A stretch of 64,000 bases of DNA from an uncultured Nitrososphaerota archaeon. Lineage in GTDB: Archaea; Thermoproteota; Nitrososphaeria; Conexivisphaerales; DTJL01. The notes under the pieces are model-generated. The model worked only from the letters and a program-made list of their open reading frames with translations, searched no databases and was not told the origin of the DNA. Below, in pieces: positions 50,955-61,856 of this stretch; the stretch's first letter is position 1, and each line of letters starts with the position of its first letter. A program made the translations under genes and the position numbers. The stretch is taken from assembly GCA_963842885.1 (NCBI GenBank), contig CAWJIE010000003.1, forward strand, positions 160,001-224,000. Reading direction: 5' to 3'.

Positions 50955-52573
50955 GGTATCTCCAACTCCTTCCTGATGGCGATGGCCACGGGGGGCTGGA
51001 CGAGTATCTGGAAGGGAAGGATATACTTGGAAGCCGAAGCAGATACCAGATTGGACTTGGGTCCGCTCTTCCCATAGCTCGACTTGAATAGCCGCACGAG
51101 CTGGACCGCCGCTTCGGGGGAATCGGCCGTTATGGCAGAGTAATAGAGGTATTCGACTATGTCCCAGGGCTGCTCGCCCCCCTCCTCTGCCTGCTCGAGG
51201 TCCACTATGTTGACCCCTGCGTCGTTGATGAGCACGTTGCTGGGCTTCGTGTCGCCCAAGCAGTAGTTCATCGAGTGGATCCTGCCGAGGACCTCCGCGA
51301 ACCGCTGCACCTTCGCCGCGGCAGTGAGGCTCCCCCTCATGGCTTCTCTCGTCAGCGGCTCCAGGTTCTCCCCTTCGACAAACTCCTTGACGATGACCTT
51401 ATCGTCCGGCGCGACAAGGACGATTCTAGGGGTCAGCGCGCCGGCACGTTTGATCGAGATGGTCCCCCTGTATTCCCTAGACAGCCTGAGGAGGGGCTTC
51501 GATTCGAACTGCTTCGCGGTGACGGTCATCATGTTGGCTACAACCCACTTGAAGCTCCAGAAATCCTGGTACTTCTTCGCCACCAGCTTCGTCTCCCCAC
51601 CAGGATGTTGTATGGTGTAGAGGGTGGCAGAAGAGAAGAAGTCGCCCAAGTTCTCGGTCCTGTACTGGTAGGGAGACCCTATCTTCAGCTCAACTATGGC
51701 CTCCTTGATCCAATCCGACGAGAAGACAAGCCGGCCGTGGGGGAGGAGGATCATGTCCTTCGGCTCCTCCAGCTCAGGAGGCAGCTTCTCGACGGCCCTG
51801 CTGCGGCCTATCTTGGAAGCAAGTTCCTTGAAGGCGGTGTTAGCGCCCACCATGCCGGCGAACCCGTGGGCGATGTACTGCTTGATGCCTCGCTCCGCCA
51901 GCCGCAGGGGTTCAGCGAAGAGAGGGGCCTTGATCTTCCTCCCGGCTTCGCTGGTGAGGACGCAGTAGTCCCCCTCCCGCCTCAAGAAGTCTTCATCCAC
52001 AAGCTCCTTGATGACGCGCTCGAAGCCCACGAGAGAGCTGGCGACGTTCCCCTCCTTCAGATGGCCGCCGTAGGTCTTCGCGTAGGAGTAGATTACCGGC
52101 GGATAGACGAAAGCCCTCTTCTTCAGCTTCCCGAACAGGAAGTACGAAGGCGGGATGAGCATCTGTTGAGCGAAGGCGTCGTACCTGTCCAGGAGCTCCT
52201 CTATGGCCTCCAGCACGACGCGGCGCTTCAGGATGTCCTCGACGTTCCTCAGGAGCTCGGCGCCCTCCAACGCCTGGTACGTGTTCAACAGCCTCCCCGC
52301 GACGAACTCGCCCAGAGAGGCTTCGCCGGCGTCCTTGTTCAGGGCCTCCTCGTCCACAAGGAGGGCCGAATACTCCTTGCCCTCTAGGTCTCCGTATACG
52401 TACTTGGCGCGGGGGCGCAGCTTGTCTACGACGACGATCAGATCGAAGTCGCTGTCGGGCCGCGAGTAGCCGGCGACCTTCGACCCGTAGGCGGCGACGG
52501 CGAGGATCTTCTTTCCCTGGGCGGCACGACTCGCTGCCCTGAGGACGATCTCCTTCCCTTCGTCGCTGAGCAT
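50951..52573 (-). CDS. Nucleotidyltransferase plus protein-kinase-like domain fusion
   Basis: YGS...DSDFD (pol-beta type); K...EFVEG...H...GDTKPSN...DLE. Confidence 0.85.
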   Translation of the reverse strand: MLSDEGKEIVLRAASRAAQGKKILAVAAYGSKVAGYSRPDSDFDLIVVVDKLRPRAKYVYGDLEGKEYSALLVDEEALNKDAGEASLGEFVAGRLLNTYQALEGAELLRNVEDILKRRVVLEAIEELLDRYDAFAQQMLIPPSYFLFGKLKKRAFVYPPVIYSYAKTYGGHLKEGNVASSLVGFERVIKELVDEDFLRREGDYCVLTSEAGRKIKAPLFAEPLRLAERGIKQYIAHGFAGMVGANTAFKELASKIGRSRAVEKLPPELEEPKDMILLPHGRLVFSSDWIKEAIVELKIGSPYQYRTENLGDFFSSATLYTIQHPGGETKLVAKKYQDFWSFKWVVANMMTVTAKQFESKPLLRLSREYRGTISIKRAGALTPRIVLVAPDDKVIVKEFVEGENLEPLTREAMRGSLTAAAKVQRFAEVLGRIHSMNYCLGDTKPSNVLINDAGVNIVDLEQAEEGGEQPWDIVEYLYYSAITADSPEAAVQLVRLFKSSYGKSGPKSNLVSASASKYILPFQILVQPPVAIAIRKELEIP

Positions 52574-53274
52574 CAGTCCCCGATCTCCTTGATTTTCTTC
52601 AGAGCTGCCTGGTCGAAGTCGGCGTTAAGCACAGCTTCGAGAGGTATCTTCACCGAGTTGTCGTCAGGACGGACCACGGTGACGGGGAGCTTCTGCTCGT
52701 ACCAGCTGCTTAACGTCCTCCGGTTAAGTGCTTCATCTGTGAAGCCCTCTTCGAACTTGGCGTCGATGAGCGTGGAGAGGCTCTTGAAACGGCCGAAGAT
52801 CCTCTGAGGAGGCATGGCCTCCTCCATGTCGCGGTATGTCGCCTCGAACATGGTGGAGGCCGCTGGCGCTGACACGGGCTGCTCTGAGAAGCGCCTGATG
52901 AGCTCGAGATAGTGCGTGAACTCATGCGCCACGACCGCGAGCACCGTCTTCCTCGAAGCGTAGAGCACCAGGGGGGCGGTGAACTCAATCAGGAGGTGAA
53001 GCCTGTTGTTGACCGCGACGGGCACGTTTCTGGCATAGTAGATGCCTGTTGCGCCCGTCTCGACGGACGACCGGACCAGTATCAGGAGGGGCTGAATATA
53101 GTAGGGAGGATACGACAGCGAGGCGGCCTTCTCGACTCTCTGGATAGACTCCTGGAGGATGGAGGTCCTCTCTACGAGCTTCCCGTAGACCTCGGGCGGA
53201 AGCTTGCCCGACTGGAGCGCCTCCTTGGCCCTGACCAGCGGGTCCACCCGAAGCGGCATATTAGGAAAAGCCAA
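52573..53274 (-). CDS. Hypothetical protein with HExxH (zincin-like) motif
   Basis: VVAHEFTHY; stop overlaps the next start. Confidence 0.75.
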   Translation of the reverse strand: MAFPNMPLRVDPLVRAKEALQSGKLPPEVYGKLVERTSILQESIQRVEKAASLSYPPYYIQPLLILVRSSVETGATGIYYARNVPVAVNNRLHLLIEFTAPLVLYASRKTVLAVVAHEFTHYLELIRRFSEQPVSAPAASTMFEATYRDMEEAMPPQRIFGRFKSLSTLIDAKFEEGFTDEALNRRTLSSWYEQKLPVTVVRPDDNSVKIPLEAVLNADFDQAALKKIKEIGD

Positions 53275-53410
53275 GATGTGGAACGTTAAAGGTTTTGCTC
53301 TCGACGCATTAGCCTGCGGTGGGATGCCGCTGACTGTCGCCTGTGAAACGGTTCCTTACCCAAGGTTTATATCAAATGACTCGGGGGAGTCAGCTTTGCT
53401 GGTCGGCACT

Positions 53411-54154
53411 TTGAAATGCGAAGCCTGCGGGGTTGAGGAGGCCTTCCCATTCAAGTGCGCCTACTGTGGGAAGTATTTCTGCGGAGAGCATAGGCTTCCC
53501 GAGAACCACGCGTGCGCCGCATATGCGTACGCCCTCCCTCCCAGGCAGTACACCTCCACAACCGAAGGTAGGATCTCTGTGTTCTCGGGCTTTGGAGGTC
53601 AGTCATCTTCCCAAAGAGAAGCGGTTTCCTTCGCCATAGGGGCGGCGTTGGTCTGGCTGGTCGGCATCTCTCTTCTTGGCTTCATCCCCCACAGCTTCGC
53701 GATAATCGCCAACAGCATCCTCTTTGTGTTCGCCTTCCTTGGCCATGAGTATGCTCACAAGGTCGCCGCTCACCGCTTTGGTCTCTGGGCGGAATTCAGG
53801 CTCAATCCTTTCGGCGCCCTTTTGACGGGCCTCTCAATTATATTGCCCATAAAGTTCATCGCCCCCGGGGCCGTCATGCTTGGCGGATACAGCGACGACA
53901 GGACCCTGGGCGTGGTAGCCGCGTCCGGTCCCCTGGTCAACATCATGATGTCGGCTATCCTGCTGCCATTTGTCTTCTTTTCTGCTGCAGGCTATCTGTG
54001 GCCCGCGCTCTATGTCAGTTCCTTCATATCGGTCTTCAACCTCGTGCCCGTAGCCATTCTTGACGGGAAGAAGATTTTCGACTGGAGCAAGATCATGTGG
54101 GCCCTGATGTTTGCAGTCTCTATCGTCTTTCTAGGCATCGCCTGGTTCGGCTAG
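53411..54154 (+). CDS. AN1 zinc finger plus M50-family membrane metalloprotease
   Basis: FKCAYCGKYFCGEHRLPENHAC; HEYAH; NLVP..LDG. Confidence 0.9.
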   Translation: MKCEACGVEEAFPFKCAYCGKYFCGEHRLPENHACAAYAYALPPRQYTSTTEGRISVFSGFGGQSSSQREAVSFAIGAALVWLVGISLLGFIPHSFAIIANSILFVFAFLGHEYAHKVAAHRFGLWAEFRLNPFGALLTGLSIILPIKFIAPGAVMLGGYSDDRTLGVVAASGPLVNIMMSAILLPFVFFSAAGYLWPALYVSSFISVFNLVPVAILDGKKIFDWSKIMWALMFAVSIVFLGIAWFG

Positions 54155-54161
54155 GCGCCGC

Positions 54162-54806
54162 TCAAGGGATCCCTATCTCTTCAACGAAGAGCCTGCCCAC
54201 GACATCGGGTCTCCCGAAAAGCCCCGGCTTAGGGGCGTGGAGGGTCACCGTGACGTCGGCCTTGACGACGAGACCATGGTCCTCACCCGTATCGGAGTCC
54301 AAGCCAGAAGGAACGTCCACGGCCACGCGTAGTGCCTTGGCACCGTTGATCATCTCTATCGCCGAGGCGTGCGGTTCGCCCACCTCGCCCTTTACGCCCG
54401 TGCCGAAAATGGCGTCGATGATGACCTGGGAGGATCGAAAGAGAGGCTCCAGCAGGCGGAGCTCGCCAGCCGTGCCCACTTCAATCACTCGGACGTCAGC
54501 CATCGTGGAGAGCACCTGCCACTGCAGCGATGCCTCTTCAGCCTTTACCTTCTTCCGGTCACCCAGGAGGATGACCGTAACAGAGGCCCTGTCGTGGAGG
54601 TGCCGCCCGGCCGCGGCGCCGTCCCCTCCATTGTTGCCCGTGCCCGCGACCACAAGAACGGCTGGCTTCAAACTGAGGTCGTACAGCCGTCCAACGACCT
54701 GGGCCAGAGCCTTCCCGGCGTTCTCCATCATCAGAAGCCTGGAGATGCCACTGGCGGCTGCCTTGTCCTCAGCCCTTCTCATTGAAGATGTGTCTACGGC
54801 CTTCAC
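54162..54806 (-). CDS. nnrE: NAD(P)H-hydrate epimerase (YjeF N-terminal)
   Basis: LMMENAG, GNNGGDG, DAIFGTG, DVPSG. Confidence 0.93.
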   Translation of the reverse strand: MKAVDTSSMRRAEDKAAASGISRLLMMENAGKALAQVVGRLYDLSLKPAVLVVAGTGNNGGDGAAAGRHLHDRASVTVILLGDRKKVKAEEASLQWQVLSTMADVRVIEVGTAGELRLLEPLFRSSQVIIDAIFGTGVKGEVGEPHASAIEMINGAKALRVAVDVPSGLDSDTGEDHGLVVKADVTVTLHAPKPGLFGRPDVVGRLFVEEIGIP

Positions 54807-55615
54807 GGAGAGGCACCAAGGATGCCCACGGTGAAGGGGTGAACGCCCTTCTCGCGCAGGGCGCTGACGAACGGGTTTATCCCGACAGAATCCCCCGACT
54901 CGTGGCCCAGAAGAACCAAGTTCCTGCTCGTCGGGTCCTCTCGGAGCCTCTTGAGCTCCTCCGCGTCGATATGCATGTAGACCAGAGTGTCGATGCCATG
55001 AGTGAAATAAGCATTGCCGATGGCATATCCCCCATTGGTGCCGGCCGCGACCGCGAGCTTAGTCCTGCCTCGCTTGGCATCTGGGTCGCCGATGACAATC
55101 TCAGGCTTGATCTCGGACGCCCTGAACTCCGGCAGGGTCAAGAGGGTTTTGACGACGTCCCCAACCTTCGACCCGGCCTTGGACAGGGCCGCGTCCATGA
55201 CGTGTCTCCCGATTTCGTCGCAGGGGAGGTGGACGTTCATGAGCGGCATCTTCATCTTCTCTGCGGCCTCCACCACCTGGTTGTAGATGGAAGGATGCGT
55301 CTTCAGCCTCACCTTCTTTACGAGCTGGTCAACGGCCGCCCTTGCCTCGCTTTCGGGGACTCCTTCTTCCTTCAAGAACTCGACGTGCCGGGCCAGGACC
55401 TTGTAGAAGTCGACGCTGGTCTTCCCCAAAGGATGGTGAGAAATCACGCTGTCGCAGCCCAACTGCCGCGCCAGAAGCAGCTCCCCAACGCCCACGTCAA
55501 TAGAGAGCCACGGCCTTGTGATGTCTCCTCCCAAGACTTGGATCCCGGTGTCTGCGGGTATCTCCTTGAAACCTGACAGTTTCACCGCGAGGTCGATTAT
55601 CTCCGTCTGGTTCAT
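54803..55615 (-). CDS. NIF3-like metal-binding protein
   Basis: ID, SHHP, NVHLPCD, YMH, GH..DS.G. Confidence 0.75.
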   Translation of the reverse strand: MNQTEIIDLAVKLSGFKEIPADTGIQVLGGDITRPWLSIDVGVGELLLARQLGCDSVISHHPLGKTSVDFYKVLARHVEFLKEEGVPESEARAAVDQLVKKVRLKTHPSIYNQVVEAAEKMKMPLMNVHLPCDEIGRHVMDAALSKAGSKVGDVVKTLLTLPEFRASEIKPEIVIGDPDAKRGRTKLAVAAGTNGGYAIGNAYFTHGIDTLVYMHIDAEELKRLREDPTSRNLVLLGHESGDSVGINPFVSALREKGVHPFTVGILGASP

Positions 55616-55685
55616 ACAAACACGCCTTTCTCGTTCGATAAGCCGCTCACACTTTTTAAGCGTGGTGCTGCTTGCTGTCGTGCAA

Positions 55686-56462
55686 ATGAAGTTGATCGCC
55701 CTGCTGACGGACTATGGGTCGTCTGATCACTACGTGGGCGTAATCAAAGGCGTCATAAAAGGGGTTTCGCCGGAGTCCGAAATCATTGACATAACTCATG
55801 AAGTCCGGGCGTACGACATCAAGGAGGGGGCCTTCCTCCTCCTGCAAGCTTCCAAGTACCTCCCCCTAGGTTGCACGGTGATGGCCGTGGTGGACCCGGG
55901 GGTCAACACCCGGAGGAAGGCGATTGCGGTGGAGACTAGGGAGAGGGTGTATGTGGGACCCGACAACGGGTTGTTGTATCCAGCCGCCTCGCGGGAAGGA
56001 ATCATCTCCGTCTACGACGTGGGCAGAGGACCGCATGTGCTTGCGAGGTCGGGTACCTTCGCTGGGCGGGACATCTTCGCACCGGTCGCAGCTATGGTGA
56101 GCTTAGGGAGGTCCCCGGCCAACCTCGGAACGAAGGTGAGCGGCATGACCGTGTTGGAGCTCCCTAGTGCGGAATTCTCTGACAGGTCCATCCGGGGGAC
56201 AGTCCTCCACGTCGACCGCTTTGGAAACGCAATTACAAATGTTGAAAGCGGTAATTTCCATCGTTGGAGAAAACGGGCGTCCACATTCCGACTCGTGGCT
56301 CGCAGGAGGAAGGTTAAGGCGAGCCTCGTCGCCTCATATCAGGCCATCAGAGGAGTCGGGCTCTTGGTCGGCAGTGGCGGCACAATGGAGGTGTCGGGAA
56401 GGCAAGGGAGGCCCGGCATCGCGTTGTCGCCTGGGGAGAGCTTCTCGATAGAAACCGAATGA
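55686..56462 (+). CDS. SAM hydroxide adenosyltransferase (DUF62, halogenase family)
   Basis: LLTDYG, DITH, VVDPGV, GPDNG, TFAGRDIF, DRFGN. Confidence 0.92.
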   Translation: MKLIALLTDYGSSDHYVGVIKGVIKGVSPESEIIDITHEVRAYDIKEGAFLLLQASKYLPLGCTVMAVVDPGVNTRRKAIAVETRERVYVGPDNGLLYPAASREGIISVYDVGRGPHVLARSGTFAGRDIFAPVAAMVSLGRSPANLGTKVSGMTVLELPSAEFSDRSIRGTVLHVDRFGNAITNVESGNFHRWRKRASTFRLVARRRKVKASLVASYQAIRGVGLLVGSGGTMEVSGRQGRPGIALSPGESFSIETE

Positions 56463-56567
56463 AGGACGATTCTTGGGTGGACCGGGGTTGTCGCATTTGT
56501 TAAGAGTTCTTGTCGGAGACAGCTATTTAACATCGGGAATACCTGATATCTAGCTGCTGGACCTGTA

Positions 56568-56876
56568 TTGACAGTCAACGACGTCGTCACGGATATCGTG
56601 TCTAGGACGCTGGCCGACCTGTTCGGGCAGCAAACCACCGACATGATCTTCTCATTCTGCGAAAGGAACGGCTTACCCGCAGCTCTCATCCCGCAGCGTC
56701 TGGTCCCCTTCGGGCAGCTCCTGAACTCGCTGCTGGGAGACGTGACGGCCTCCTCCGTCTGCAATCTCATAGCCCGGAACATACTCTCCGAGTTCCACAT
56801 GACCATAAGCGGAGAGCAGCCCACCCTTGAAGAGGCTTCACGTGTGGTCTGGAACCAGCGCAAGCTGAAGGTCTAG
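56568..56876 (+). CDS. Small helical hypothetical protein
   Basis: 102-aa ORF with an upstream TATA-like TTTAA. Confidence 0.55.
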   Translation: MTVNDVVTDIVSRTLADLFGQQTTDMIFSFCERNGLPAALIPQRLVPFGQLLNSLLGDVTASSVCNLIARNILSEFHMTISGEQPTLEEASRVVWNQRKLKV

Positions 56877-56891
56877 GGGTCCCTGGCATGC

Positions 56892-57368
56892 TTAGAGCTC
56901 CGTCTTGCCCTCGGCACGTTTCAACCACTCCCTGTACTCTCGGTACTTCGGACACTCCTGCTCAACCAGTCTCCAGAAACGCTTCGAGTGGTTGGGCTCT
57001 TTCAGATGCATCAGCTCGTGCAAGACGACATAGTCGATGACCTCCTGCGGCGCGGTGGCTAGCTTGAAGTTGAAGCTGAGGTTCCCCTGGCTCGAACAGC
57101 TCCCCCACCTGGTCTTCTGACTTCTAATCATGATCGTGTCGAACCTGAGGTCGAGTCGCCGGCTCATCCGCCAGACGCTCTGCTTGATTACGACGCTCGC
57201 TTCAGACCGGTACCATTCCTTGATGGCACGCGTGACCTCGCTGGTCGTTGCCCTTGGCACAAGAACGACGACCCGGCCATCCTCGAGGCGCACCTTGGGG
57301 CGGGGGTTGCCGTCGGCGACGACAAGGAGGGGGTACTCCATGCCTCTGAACAGGACTCTCGAAATCAA
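56892..57368 (-). CDS. YgjP/DUF45 metallopeptidase-like protein
   Basis: RWGSC, YVVLHELMH, HSKRFW. Confidence 0.9.
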   Translation of the reverse strand: MISRVLFRGMEYPLLVVADGNPRPKVRLEDGRVVVLVPRATTSEVTRAIKEWYRSEASVVIKQSVWRMSRRLDLRFDTIMIRSQKTRWGSCSSQGNLSFNFKLATAPQEVIDYVVLHELMHLKEPNHSKRFWRLVEQECPKYREYREWLKRAEGKTEL

Positions 57369-57566
57369 AAGCGACTGAGCCTTCTCCGGGAACGTGTAAA
57401 GACTTCATAACGATTGCGGTAAGGAAGGACCGACGTCGAGGCGGCCTGTTGCGCATAGCGAACGATGGAGACCGGGGAAGAGGGATGGGGCCTCCCTTCG
57501 GCGACCAACCCTTGACCTTCAAGCAAGGCTGTCGGCGGCCGCGCGGCCTGCAAAGAGAAGGGAGGC

Positions 57567-58496
57567 CTACTCTGACTTGACGCTCTTTGTGACGTCGCTC
57601 GCAACGTCGGCGGTTTCAGAGAAGATCTCAGAGCTGACCTTGTGCTTGAGAGGATGCGTCGGTTCGGGCTTATCAAGGAGTTTCGTCAGTCTGAGATGCT
57701 CTCCGGTGCCTCCGCGTCGGAGCTTGATGATCTCAGCCATTATAGAGATGGCTATCTCCTCCGGGGTCTCGGCGCCGATGTCGATGCCGACGGGGGCATA
57801 AATCTGGAACAGCCTCGCGGCCGGCACACCCTCCTTAACAAGGTCCCTGTAGGCAGCATTGACACGGTTCTTGCTTCCAACCATGCCGACGTAACGAGCC
57901 TTGGTGTCAAGCACGGAGCGAAGCGCCTCTACGTCGTACCGGTGCTCTGTGATGACCAATATGCTGTCATAGGAGGTGATCTTGACCTCCTTTATCTTCT
58001 GGAGCACGTCCTGTGTATAGATCTCGGCGTTAGGGAATGCCGATTCAGTGGCGAAGGGATCCAGGACCATCACGCGCTGTCCTAGGATCTCGGCTATCCG
58101 GTAGCAGCCCTTGGCGATGTTGCCAGATCCGAACATAATCAGGCGCTCAGGAGGCTCCACTAGCTCCAGCGCGATCTTGACCGTACCGCCGCACGCCATC
58201 CCCAGGCCGCTCCAGCTCTCGTCTCCGAGATTGAAGGTCTTGACACGAGTCTGGCCGTCCTCGAACACAAAGCGCGCCTCCCGGACCACATACTTCTCGA
58301 CACAGCCGCCGCCGATCGTGCCCACCGTGGGCCCCGACTCTGGGATGACCATCTTCGTGCTGACTCCCCTCGGGACGGAACCGTCAGCCTCGACGACAGT
58401 TGCTACGACAATGCGCAACCCGTCGCCCAACATCCTCGACACGACAGTGTAGATGTCTTCCAAGCGGCTACACCAAGACTTCCAGCTCAGTCCCAC
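57567..58496 (-). CDS. XdhC/CoxI Mo-cofactor chaperone
   Basis: GTIGGGCVE, CGG, YVGMVGS, PVGIDIGAETPEEIAISI. Confidence 0.93.
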   Translation of the reverse strand: MGLSWKSWCSRLEDIYTVVSRMLGDGLRIVVATVVEADGSVPRGVSTKMVIPESGPTVGTIGGGCVEKYVVREARFVFEDGQTRVKTFNLGDESWSGLGMACGGTVKIALELVEPPERLIMFGSGNIAKGCYRIAEILGQRVMVLDPFATESAFPNAEIYTQDVLQKIKEVKITSYDSILVITEHRYDVEALRSVLDTKARYVGMVGSKNRVNAAYRDLVKEGVPAARLFQIYAPVGIDIGAETPEEIAISIMAEIIKLRRGGTGEHLRLTKLLDKPEPTHPLKHKVSSEIFSETADVASDVTKSVKSE

Positions 58497-58783
58497 CTTT
58501 GCCCGCAGGGGCCGATGGCCGGGAGCGGCTTATCCGCCATCTTCTCGGGAGATTTCTTGACAACCAGATGAAAATCCTCACCCTCTTCTCTGGAGTTCAC
58601 GATCTCCTGGCCATGGTTCCAGCAGTACCTTAGAACGTTGTCCTTAGACGTGTGGTCGTTGACGACGATCTCTATGACCTCTCCCATCTGGGCTCCTTCG
58701 ATCGCCCGCTTTGTCATCAAAATGGGCTTGGGGCAGGGTTCGTTCCTCGCATCAACCACCAATTGCGCTGCCGTTTTGGTCAA
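58487..58783 (-). CDS. TusA/SirA family sulfur carrier
   Basis: DARNEPCPKP; Cys-containing C-terminal extension. Confidence 0.9.
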   Translation of the reverse strand: MTKTAAQLVVDARNEPCPKPILMTKRAIEGAQMGEVIEIVVNDHTSKDNVLRYCWNHGQEIVNSREEGEDFHLVVKKSPEKMADKPLPAIGPCGQRWD

Positions 58784-59017
58784 CAGTAATCCTTTGCATT
58801 TACGTGCAGGTGGTTTAAAATGTTATCCATGCGGGTCGAATGTAAAATAAATGCGATATGAACCTAGGACGTGGACGCGGCTCTGTGGCGAGCAAGTGGC
58901 AAGAGCTCCTCAGACGCAGGATGTGTAGGCCTTCATATTGACGAGGCAGATATCGTGTCCGGTACTTGTCGTCTTCTCTCGCCGCTTACAATACTAATAT
59001 AGCTAGCAGGCAATTCA

Positions 59018-60229
59018 TGTCCCGGAACACCATGTTCAGGAAGCTGTTCCCGACCAGCAATGCTGCGACTGACCTCGTGGTGGTTATTGCAATCGTGGTT
59101 GCCGTCAGCTTCTTCATCTACTCGGCATCCGGCATCTTCATCGGAGGCATCCTGGCTTTCCTGTTCGGGCTGGCCACATGGACCCTCATGACTTCGCCGA
59201 AGCCTTACAGGCTGAGGAGCATTTTCGTGTTCGGCCTTACTCTGGCGACCTGGACCGCCTTCCTGGCGTTCCTCGCCGAGCTGGGCCCCTCGTACTTGGG
59301 CAGGTGGCTCAGCACGCACGAGAGGGTCCCGCTGACGCCTGCCCCCATCACCACCAGCGGCTTCGTCTCCATCCTGTGCCCCTATCTCCTCCCCGCGGCC
59401 CTGGGGCAGCCTGTGACCGTCTCTGTTCCCGTCTATATCAAGTTCTTCTCGTCTTTTCCGCCCAGCATCGACCTCTTCTCCGTAATCTTTCTATCCTACG
59501 TCGCCACCGCATTCGTGCTCGGCAAGGGCTGGTGCGGATGGCTGTGCCCATTCGGCGGGCTTGGAGAGACTCTGCGCCAACGCCACGAGCCCCTCAAGGT
59601 CTACACGAAGTCAGTGAAATGGATCAAGGATGTCTCGTCGCGGAGAGGCTTCGACCTCGAAGGCATGGAGCCGGGCCAGATGCTCCGCGACGTGAAGTAC
59701 GCCTTCCTCGTCGTCACCCTCCTCCTGGCCCTCTTCTACTCAGTGCAATGGTTCTGCGTCTTCTGCTGGGCCGGGATCCTGGGGTGGTTCAGGTCGTCAC
59801 TCAACATCTACGATCTTCATGGTCATCATGGGCGCCCTCTTCCTCGGGCTTCCTCTGCTCAGCACCAAGAAGTGGTGCCATTCCATCTGCCCGGTGGGCG
59901 CCGGCCTGAGCTTGGTGGACAGGGCCACTCCTTTCAGGATATCCGTGGACGAAGCCAAATGCAACGAATGCTATGACTGCTTGAACATCTGCCCCACCTT
60001 CGGGTTCGCCACGAAGGCAGACGGCGCGGTATACGTGACCGACACCTGCGACAAATGCTTGGTCTGCGTGTACAAGTGCCCCAGCAAGGCCATAGACCTG
60101 CACCTGTACAACATCAAGACAGATGCAAAGAAGTTCCTCATCCCTAGCGCGACGATCCTTGGCGCCTTCTGGTTCTACTGGTTCATCGTCGTGGTCTACA
60201 ATCTCATCACGCTGAGGGTGCTCTTCTGA
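59018..60229 (+). CDS. Membrane 4Fe-4S binding protein (NapH/MauN-like; frameshift near 59815)
   Basis: Multi-TM; WCGWLCPFG, WCHSICPVG, CNECYDCLNICP, CDKCLVCVYKCP. Confidence 0.85.
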
Positions 60230-60922
60230 TGGCTCTCGACACGCTGGCGGCAGGCCTCCTTCTCGGGCTCAGCAGCGGAGTGCAGTGCACCGTTACCTGC
60301 CTGCCCCTCCTGCTCACCCAGCTCACCGGGGGAAAAAGGACCGCGAGGGACGGCCTGCGCATATCTGTTCTTTTCTCACTGGGGAGGCTGGTGGTCTACT
60401 TCACTCTGTCCTGCCTTCTCTACTATTCCTTCAGGGCGTTCAGCGGAGCCTTAGGCAACCCCGTACCCGAATCGATTACGACGGCGCTGATGGGCGCGAT
60501 CCTGATCTACTATTGTTTTCGAGCGATCGAAAGGAAGAAGGACACATCTTGCGCGGCAAGGTCCAAGGCCAAGCTCATCCGCCTGCCGTTCACCTCCCTT
60601 GCCGTGACCGCCAAGCCAGGGAGGAGCTGGACCGCTCTCTTCCTCGGCATCGTCTCGAGCATGAGCGTCTGCCTCCCGCTCGTGGCACTGATCTCCATTT
60701 CGGTCGCCTCTGACCTGGTCACCACCTTCACTTCGGTATCGATGTTCTGGCTGGGTTCGTCCGTCTACTCGATCGGGCTCGCGTTGGCGTTGGCTGGTGT
60801 CTCCCGCGTCAGGATAGGGGCGTCGCTGAGCAAGAGGGTGGGCTTCGTCGGAAGCCTTTCTGGCATCTTGCTGGGAGCGTTCATGCTACTCGCAGGCTCT
60901 GGGCTCGCTGGCCCTTCCCTAG
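60229..60922 (+). CDS. DsbD/TauE-like multi-TM protein (3' end uncertain)
   Basis: QCTVTC, GRLVVY, SVCLPL; the ORF extension into the opposite gene is probably a frameshift. Confidence 0.7.
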
Positions 60923-61386
60923 AACAGCCGCGTGAAGACGCTGACGTAGTTCACAACCACGAACTGGAAGAAGAGGATCCCGATGTAGAATCCTACCAGA
61001 TAGATGATGGCGGCTCCGTTGCCAGTGGTGGCGTTGACGTGCTGCCTCAGTGGACATCCTTCCGCCATCACCGAGAAGAAGGCATAGCCCAGGCCGCCTA
61101 TCACCGACAGGATCAATGTGGCGACGGAGCTCGCGCCAGGTTCGTTATGCAGCATCAGAGGGAAATCAGCCATATGCGGAGAGAACCTGAAGAACAGAAG
61201 GTAGCCGACTAAGGCTCCGAGCGCCATGCCTACGATGGTCCTCATGAAAAGCGTGTCCCTGAAAAGGTAGAAGTCGCGGTATCCCGATATGGAACACGAC
61301 TTCGACCTCTGCCATAGGTAGCCTATGATACCCCCAGCCGCGAGCGTGGTCAAGCCGATTTCCAGAGTCAAAGGCGGACCCTCCAT
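60919..61386 (-). CDS. YeeE/YedE sulfur-compound transporter half (2)
   Basis: QRSKSC, AEGCPLRQH; 4 TM. Confidence 0.85.
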   Translation of the reverse strand: MEGPPLTLEIGLTTLAAGGIIGYLWQRSKSCSISGYRDFYLFRDTLFMRTIVGMALGALVGYLLFFRFSPHMADFPLMLHNEPGASSVATLILSVIGGLGYAFFSVMAEGCPLRQHVNATTGNGAAIIYLVGFYIGILFFQFVVVNYVSVFTRLF

Positions 61387-61856
61387 TTGATGTAGTTCGC
61401 TGAAATCACCACGCCGGAGATCATGCCGATGAGCCCCACGAGCGCTACGAAACTGCCGTACATCAAGGCCATTATGATGTGGACGGAGCAGTAGCCCAAC
61501 GTCAGCCCGAACATGGCCACGAAGAAACCGTTGATGAAATGATCCAGTGGATGCCTGGGCATGCGGAAGCTGAACTCCTTGTTCCGGAAGGTGGAGATGG
61601 AAGCGCCCACCAGCACGCCTACCACCGTCAGCACGGGGATGTCCACCGACGGATCATGGACATAGAGCGTCGTCCCGAACAGATGGTTCACGATCCAGTC
61701 AATGAGGTCACTGGGGTGGCTGATGAAGCAGATGCCGAACGCCGACGGAGGGGCGACGTACACCCAAGCCTGGGCCACGGCGGCCCACAGGCCGGTCACG
61801 AACCCAGCTGTAAGCTTGTCTACCTTCAAGTGCATGCTCACCCTAGAAGGTATCAA
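61368..61856 (-). CDS. YeeE/YedE sulfur-compound transporter half (1)
   Basis: GICFISH, VGVLVGA, EFSFR, GYC. Confidence 0.82.
   Translation of the reverse strand: MIPSRVSMHLKVDKLTAGFVTGLWAAVAQAWVYVAPPSAFGICFISHPSDLIDWIVNHLFGTTLYVHDPSVDIPVLTVVGVLVGASISTFRNKEFSFRMPRHPLDHFINGFFVAMFGLTLGYCSVHIIMALMYGSFVALVGLIGMISGVVISANYIKWRVRL

Noticed and set aside
60923-61212. Long overlap of the DsbD-like ORF with yeeE
   Set aside because: The extension is hydrophilic antisense read-through, probably from an indel near 60915
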